DNA of 64,000 nucleotides from an uncultured bacterium (GTDB lineage Bacteria; Bacillota_I; Bacilli_A; RFN20; CAG-826): NCBI GenBank assembly GCA_949291375.1, contig CASEVI010000003.1, positions 14,224 to 78,223 of the forward strand, read 5' to 3'. Shown piece by piece: positions 59,130 to 64,000 of this stretch (position 1 is its first letter; each line of letters starts with the position of its first letter). The notes under the pieces were generated by a model. It saw only the letters and a program-made list of their open reading frames with translations, ran no database searches and was not told where the DNA came from. The position numbers and the translations under genes were made by a program.

Positions 59130-60557
59130 TTAATCTTGATCTAAAGCCTCTAAACCTTTTTTAAAGTTTGTTTTTGTATTTTTAACATTTTTAATAAATA
59201 AGAAGACAACTAAAGCAATGACTGTACAAGCAATAGCATAAAATGGTAAAACACCAAAATCAAACCCAGGAATCAACAAAATAGTTCCTAATAAAATAGG
59301 TGTTACGGTTTGAGCAGCCATAGAGGAAGCGTAATAATAGCCTGTAAATTTGCCAATTTTTTTACTATTGCATAATTCAACAACCATCGGATAAGAATTA
59401 ACATGGACTAAGCTCATGCCAAAACCTTTAACAAACCAGATAATATATAGATAAATTGGGAATGTTCCACTTCCTGGTTGGAAACCTAATAAAGTTGCTG
59501 ATAAGACACCCCAAACACAATAGGATGCAAGAGTTAACCCTAACCCACTTACCAACGTCCATTTTCTCCCAATTTTAGAAGCAACCAATCCACCAACTGC
59601 AAAGCCAATAACCGAACCAACTCCCCCTACTATTGTATTTATCATGCTTGAAGATGAAGAAGCGGCAAAATAATAGATGGTGTAATTAGTCATGAAAGTC
59701 GAAATTCCATTATCAGCCATAAACCAGAAGAATTCGGCACATAAAATTAAAATTAACATAATTTTATTTCCTTTTGATAATGGTTTTTCATCGTCAACTT
59801 TTTCTTTTAATTCTGTCATTTCTTCACCAAGTTTTAATTCAGGCTCAAGTTCTTTTTCTAATTTGTTTTCTTTAATAGTGAAAAACAAAACTAAAGCGGA
59901 AATTATCATCAAAATAGATGCAACTAAAAAAGGAATTTCGATTACCCAAATATTATGATTTGCCCATTCAGGAGCATTTCCAGTTGAATTTAAATAGTCA
60001 CTAACGGCAAAGAAAATTCCAACAACAGTAGCAAAAGCCCCTCCAACATAACCCATTATATTAATAATACCGTTTGCTTTACTTCTTAATGGTTTAGGAG
60101 TTAAATCTGGCATTAATGAAACCGCTGGATTTCTATACATCATTGAAAAAATAACTACGATAGCCATCATTATAATTGTACCGGCAACATTATTAAAATG
60201 AAAAAATAACGGAACAAAAGGAAAACAAACAGCACAAACAAAAGTTCCAATAAGAATATAAGGCATACGTTTTCCAATTGGCGATTTAGTTTTATCAGAT
60301 AACGCTCCAAAGATAGGTAAAAGAATTAAAGCTGCTAAATTATCAAAAGCCATAACGATTCCAACTAAATATTGAACTTCTTCAGAACTTTCAATATTAA
60401 AAGCATTTTTAAATAGTTCAGTTAAAAATGTTGGACACCAAGAATCATAAACTTGCCATAAAAGTAAAATTCCAAAGAAAGCAAACCCAATGATTATTGT
60501 TCTTTTATAATTTAATTTCAATTTTGCATTTTCTTTATTAAAAGTATTAGCTTCCAT
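59130..60557 (-). CDS. MFS/GPH-type transporter (12 TM)
   Basis: Hydropathy; co-operonic with GDPD. Confidence 0.7.
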   Translation of the reverse strand: MEANTFNKENAKLKLNYKRTIIIGFAFFGILLLWQVYDSWCPTFLTELFKNAFNIESSEEVQYLVGIVMAFDNLAALILLPIFGALSDKTKSPIGKRMPYILIGTFVCAVCFPFVPLFFHFNNVAGTIIMMAIVVIFSMMYRNPAVSLMPDLTPKPLRSKANGIINIMGYVGGAFATVVGIFFAVSDYLNSTGNAPEWANHNIWVIEIPFLVASILMIISALVLFFTIKENKLEKELEPELKLGEEMTELKEKVDDEKPLSKGNKIMLILILCAEFFWFMADNGISTFMTNYTIYYFAASSSSSMINTIVGGVGSVIGFAVGGLVASKIGRKWTLVSGLGLTLASYCVWGVLSATLLGFQPGSGTFPIYLYIIWFVKGFGMSLVHVNSYPMVVELCNSKKIGKFTGYYYASSMAAQTVTPILLGTILLIPGFDFGVLPFYAIACTVIALVVFLFIKNVKNTKTNFKKGLEALDQD

Positions 60558-60578
60558 AATAAACTCCTTTCTAAATAA

Positions 60579-61229
60579 TTAAATCCCAAACAATTTATCG
60601 ACTAATTCAGGTAATTCTTCTAAATTTGTTATCTTATTTACCTTTTCATCAATTCGACCAAAACCATAAGATGCATGAACAAAAATCTGTCCTGCTTTTT
60701 TAGTTTCATTAAAATCTTTTAATGTATCACCAACATAAATAACTTTATCTAGTTTATATTTTTCTTTCATTATTAAAATATTTTGCCACTTTGGTTTATT
60801 AGTATCTCCTGCACAAAGATGGTCAATAAAATATTTATTCATATTCAAAGAATCTAAATAATTTTCAATATATCCTTTATCACTATTTGAAACAATAAAT
60901 AGAGGGTATTTATCTTTCAATTTATTTAAAATCTCTTCCTCGTTTGGATAAAGTTTTCCTGGATTATCTTTTAAATAATTAATTTCTTCATTTAATGCTA
61001 TTTTAAAATAAGATAGACCTTTAGAAAAATCTACATCCTCAAAAGCTAGTGGTATGGTTTCTTCTGGAGTTAAACCCATATAAGATTTAGTTTTTTCATA
61101 AGAAAAACGATATTTTAAAGATTTTTTCTCCATCGCAATATTCCGTGCATCCATAATTTGTTTTATGGCATCCCATAAAGTACCATCTAAATCAAATATA
61201 ATGCCATTTTTACTTATTAATTTTTCCAT
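60579..61229 (-). CDS. HAD-superfamily hydrolase
   Basis: Motif I IIFDLDGTLWD. Confidence 0.7.
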   Translation of the reverse strand: MEKLISKNGIIFDLDGTLWDAIKQIMDARNIAMEKKSLKYRFSYEKTKSYMGLTPEETIPLAFEDVDFSKGLSYFKIALNEEINYLKDNPGKLYPNEEEILNKLKDKYPLFIVSNSDKGYIENYLDSLNMNKYFIDHLCAGDTNKPKWQNILIMKEKYKLDKVIYVGDTLKDFNETKKAGQIFVHASYGFGRIDEKVNKITNLEELPELVDKLFGI

Positions 61230-61302
61230 AAATACAAAAGTATTATATCATTGAAGAGGAGATAAAATAAGAAAATAATTGTTAAGACTTTAATAATTTT
61301 TA

Positions 61303-62598
61303 ATGAACAATTTAAAATTAACTTCTATAATTGTAAATATGGATTTAAATAAAATTTACGAAGATATTTTAATAAGTGAACTCATTGTAGCAAGAGGTTG
61401 TACAGAACCAATCGCTCTTGCATTAGCTGGCGCAAAAATTTTTGAAGCTTTAAATGTTATACCAGAGAAAATAAGAGCCTATATTAGTGGAAATATTATA
61501 AAAAATGTTCAAGGAGTAATAATCCCAAAAACTAATAATAAAAAAGGTCCAATTCCAGCTATTTTAGCCGGTTTAATTGTTGGTTCTACTAAAAATCAGT
61601 TAGATATTCTAAATGATTTTAAAAACGAAGATTTAGGAATATTAAATAAATTAATACAAGATAATATTGTTTCTATCAATTTGGCTAAATCATGTAAAAA
61701 TCTTTATATTAAACTAATAGCAACATATAAAGATCAAACCGCAACTATAATAATTGAAGATTTTCATAACAACTTTACATATGTTGAATTAAATGGAAAA
61801 GTCTTATTTTCAAAAAAAGATGCAATCAAAAGAAAAAAAGAAAAATATAATTTTTTAAACATTGAAGATATATATAGTTTTGCTTTAAATAATAATTTAG
61901 AAAGAATAAGACCTTACTTAAAACGACAAATTGATTATAACTATGCCATTGCAAAAGAAGGAATCGCTAATAATTATGGCTCTGAAATAGGGAAAATTAT
62001 TCTAAATCACTCAAAATCTTCTTTAAAAGAAAAAGCTAAAGCATTTACAAGTGCTGCGAGTGATGCAAGAATGAGTGGATGTAATTTGCCTGTTGTCATT
62101 ATTTCTGGAAGTGGAAATCAAGGAATCACTACTTCTGTCCCTTTAGTTGTCTATGCAGAAGAATTAAATATTGATGAAGATACTCTTTTAAGAGGGTTAG
62201 TTCTTTCAGACCTTGTTGCTTTAGAAGAAAAGAAAGATATAGGGAGATTATCAGCTTTTTGTGGGGCAATCAGCGCAGGAATTGCAGCAAGTAGTGGAAT
62301 TGCCTTTATGTTAGATCATTCTTTAGATGCGATTTCACATACAATAATAAATGGTTTAGCTTTAGCAAGTGGAATTATTTGTGATGGTGCAAAAGCAAGT
62401 TGTGCTGGTAAAATTGCATTAGCACTTGAAAGCGGAATTCTTGGCTATGAAATGTATAAAAATAATTCCAATATTAATTCAGGGGATGGAATTATTAAAG
62501 AAAACTGCGATACAACAATTCAAAGTGTTGGTCGCCTAGCTAAAAAAGGTATGAAACAAACCGATAAAGAAATTTTGTCCATTATGATTGAAAAATAA
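61303..62598 (+). CDS. UPF0597 / serine-dehydratase-like (YhaM/CdsB family) protein
   Basis: N-terminal LIVARGCTEPIALALAGA motif; 431 aa. Confidence 0.5.
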   Translation: MNNLKLTSIIVNMDLNKIYEDILISELIVARGCTEPIALALAGAKIFEALNVIPEKIRAYISGNIIKNVQGVIIPKTNNKKGPIPAILAGLIVGSTKNQLDILNDFKNEDLGILNKLIQDNIVSINLAKSCKNLYIKLIATYKDQTATIIIEDFHNNFTYVELNGKVLFSKKDAIKRKKEKYNFLNIEDIYSFALNNNLERIRPYLKRQIDYNYAIAKEGIANNYGSEIGKIILNHSKSSLKEKAKAFTSAASDARMSGCNLPVVIISGSGNQGITTSVPLVVYAEELNIDEDTLLRGLVLSDLVALEEKKDIGRLSAFCGAISAGIAASSGIAFMLDHSLDAISHTIINGLALASGIICDGAKASCAGKIALALESGILGYEMYKNNSNINSGDGIIKENCDTTIQSVGRLAKKGMKQTDKEILSIMIEK

Positions 62599-62647
62599 AA
62601 AAGAGAGAAGAAAATTAGCACATCTCTCTTTTTTATTTATATATACT

Positions 62648-62732
62648 TGGTGGACAGGATGAGAGTCGAACTCACAAGAATTTCTTCATAGGATTCTGAG
62701 ACCTAAGCGTTTACCAATTTCGCCACCTGTCC
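62648..62732 (-). tRNA. tRNA-Leu (anticodon CAG), type II with long variable arm
   Basis: Acceptor GGACAGG/CCTGTCC, D-arm GCG-AAATTGGTAAA-CGC, anticodon loop CTCAGAA, 13-nt variable arm, T-arm GTGAG-TTCGACT-CTCAT, A-CCA. Confidence 0.7.
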
Positions 62733-62736
62733 CTTA

Positions 62737-63678
62737 TTAAAATATATCATTATTTTGGTCTTTATGAGAATAAGGATTAATATGTACGCTTACGCCTTTA
62801 ACTTCATTATTGTTACTAATAATCGTATCTTTAATATTTTCTGCGATATCATGAGCTTCTTTTAAAGAAAGATTATCATCTACACTAACTTCTACTTCCA
62901 AAAATATACGATTGGATGCAATTCTACTTCTAAATAAATCAATATGTAATACTCCATTAACCGATAAAATCTCATTTTTTATTTTTTCATTCAATTCTTT
63001 AGAACAAGCTTTATCTAATAAGGAAGCACTATTATCAATAAAAATTCTACATCCACCAGTTAAAATAATTATTGCGATAATAATTGAAACGATTGGATCA
63101 ATAATTCTAAGTTCAACATTTGTTTGATTAAAATATAAAATTACTAAAGCTACACATGTTATAAAAGTGCCAATAGAATCAAGAAAATGATCTAAACTTT
63201 GTGCTTTTAATAAAGGAGATTTAGTTTTTTTATAACCAAAAAATACTGCAATGCCTAAAAATAGTTTAATTAAGATTGCAACAATAGAAATGATTAATGC
63301 ATAAATTAAATTTTTAGATAATTCCTCCTTATAATCGCCGTTAATCATTGACATTACTGCATCATAAATTAATAAAACACCTGATAAAATAATAAAAATT
63401 GAAAATAACAATGTAATAAAATTTTCAATTTTTTCATGACCAAATTGATGGTCTTTATCTGCTTTTTTGCTAGCTTTTTTATTAGCGATTGTACTAACTA
63501 AAGAAGTCAAACAATCACCAAGTGAATCAACACCATCACTTAATAATGCACTAGAAGAAGCAAATATTCCTCCAAATAGTTTTATTATTGTTAATAAAAC
63601 ATTTAAAATGAGTTGAACGACTGTAAAATTACCGACTTTCTTGTAATATTCCTCACTAAAATCACTACCCTTTTCCAT
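62737..63678 (-). CDS. cation diffusion facilitator (CDF) family metal efflux transporter
   Basis: LLSDGVDSLGDCLTSLV TM motif; C-terminal cytoplasmic domain. Confidence 0.75.
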   Translation of the reverse strand: MEKGSDFSEEYYKKVGNFTVVQLILNVLLTIIKLFGGIFASSSALLSDGVDSLGDCLTSLVSTIANKKASKKADKDHQFGHEKIENFITLLFSIFIILSGVLLIYDAVMSMINGDYKEELSKNLIYALIISIVAILIKLFLGIAVFFGYKKTKSPLLKAQSLDHFLDSIGTFITCVALVILYFNQTNVELRIIDPIVSIIIAIIILTGGCRIFIDNSASLLDKACSKELNEKIKNEILSVNGVLHIDLFRSRIASNRIFLEVEVSVDDNLSLKEAHDIAENIKDTIISNNNEVKGVSVHINPYSHKDQNNDIF

Positions 63679-63747
63679 AATGCTAACAATTATATACTTC
63701 TAAAAAATGTATGGATACTATTTTTTTAATAAATATATAATGTAAAT

Positions 63748-64000
63748 ATGGAAGAAAATATAATTAAACTAACAAAAGCATTAAAAGAAGCCAGCAAAAT
63801 AGTATTTTTTGGAGGGGCTGGTGTTTCAACTGAAAGTGGAATTAAAGATTTTAGAAGTAAAGATGGTCTTTATAATTTAAAAAGTAAATATGGGGTAAAT
63901 TATGAAACAATTCTTTCACATAGTTATTATGAATATAATAAAGACATCTTTTTTAAGTTTTATCGTGAATTTATGATAAATAACGAAGCAAAACCTAATT
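63748..64000 (+). CDS. Sir2-family NAD-dependent deacylase (3' end beyond window)
   Basis: FFGGAGVSTESGIKDFRS motif; no in-window stop. Confidence 0.7.
   Translation, partial: MEENIIKLTKALKEASKIVFFGGAGVSTESGIKDFRSKDGLYNLKSKYGVNYETILSHSYYEYNKDIFFKFYREFMINNEAKPN

Noticed and set aside
62732-62739. Apparent overlap of the CDF gene 3' end with tRNA-Leu
   Set aside because: The tRNA 5' end by my fold is at 62732 and the CDS stop at 62737-62739, so they are adjacent rather than overlapping. I do not read this as a sign of integration.
1-64000. Possibility that the host uses genetic code 4 (TGA read as Trp, Mycoplasma/Spiroplasma)
   Set aside because: Conserved host proteins (M13 peptidase, ABC transporters) and phage proteins are full-length under the standard code, and Trp is encoded by TGG (for example NNWWSKEDY = ...tgg tgg...).

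Overview
The window is AT-rich (about 26-28% GC) and uses the standard genetic code: Trp is TGG in conserved genes, and long ORFs are intact with TGA read as a stop. The sequence points to a low-GC Firmicutes/Mollicutes-like chromosome.

Positions 1 to about 45000 are a prophage that continues past the left edge of the window. Its parts, left to right:
- 1-4351 (minus): a giant virion-associated protein of at least 1450 aa, cut off by the window edge and therefore missing from the ORF track.
- 4352-4904: an intergenic region holding two tandem cassettes (hairpin, tiny hydrophobic-peptide ORF, 15-bp palindrome), followed by a plus-strand lipoprotein moron.
- 5.3-26.2 kb (minus): a late/structural operon. 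It encodes the small and large terminase, portal, scaffold, an Ig-domain major capsid, an embedded tRNA, large tail proteins, four membrane proteins, an 839-aa collagen-like fibre and two distal tail proteins.
- 8.5-11.2 kb: a seven-member family of small paralogous M-x-Y-K-K-L proteins on both strands. It carries poly-G tracts (G8, G9, G10) and (TA)9 and (TA)10 promoter repeats; this looks like a slipped-strand phase-variable contingency locus inside the tail module, and I consider it the most unusual thing in the window.
- 26.25-27.0 kb: an AT-rich control region with a G-rich palindrome, just upstream of the small terminase (candidate pac/cos site).
- 27.0-32.5 kb (plus): an early block with an ArdC-like anti-restriction protein, a translationally coupled MoxR-like AAA+ ATPase and unknown partner, and six small acidic proteins.
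- 32.6-42.3 kb (minus): an early operon with a replisome-organizer-type initiator carrying internal iterons (ori), a YqaJ exonuclease, RecT, SSB, an ArpU-like late activator, a PD-(D/E)xK resolvase-like protein and many small ORFs.
- 42.3-44.5 kb: the cro/cI switch with 11-mer operators, and a tyrosine integrase.

The right flank (45-64 kb) is host chromosome: gmk, tdk, lemA, an M13 peptidase, a NUDIX pseudogene, tRNA-Arg(ACG), Hsp20, two ABC exporter subunits, a GDPD, an MFS transporter, a HAD hydrolase, a UPF0597 protein, tRNA-Leu(CAG), a CDF transporter and a partial Sir2. No recognisable endolysin or canonically placed tape-measure gene is present in the prophage.
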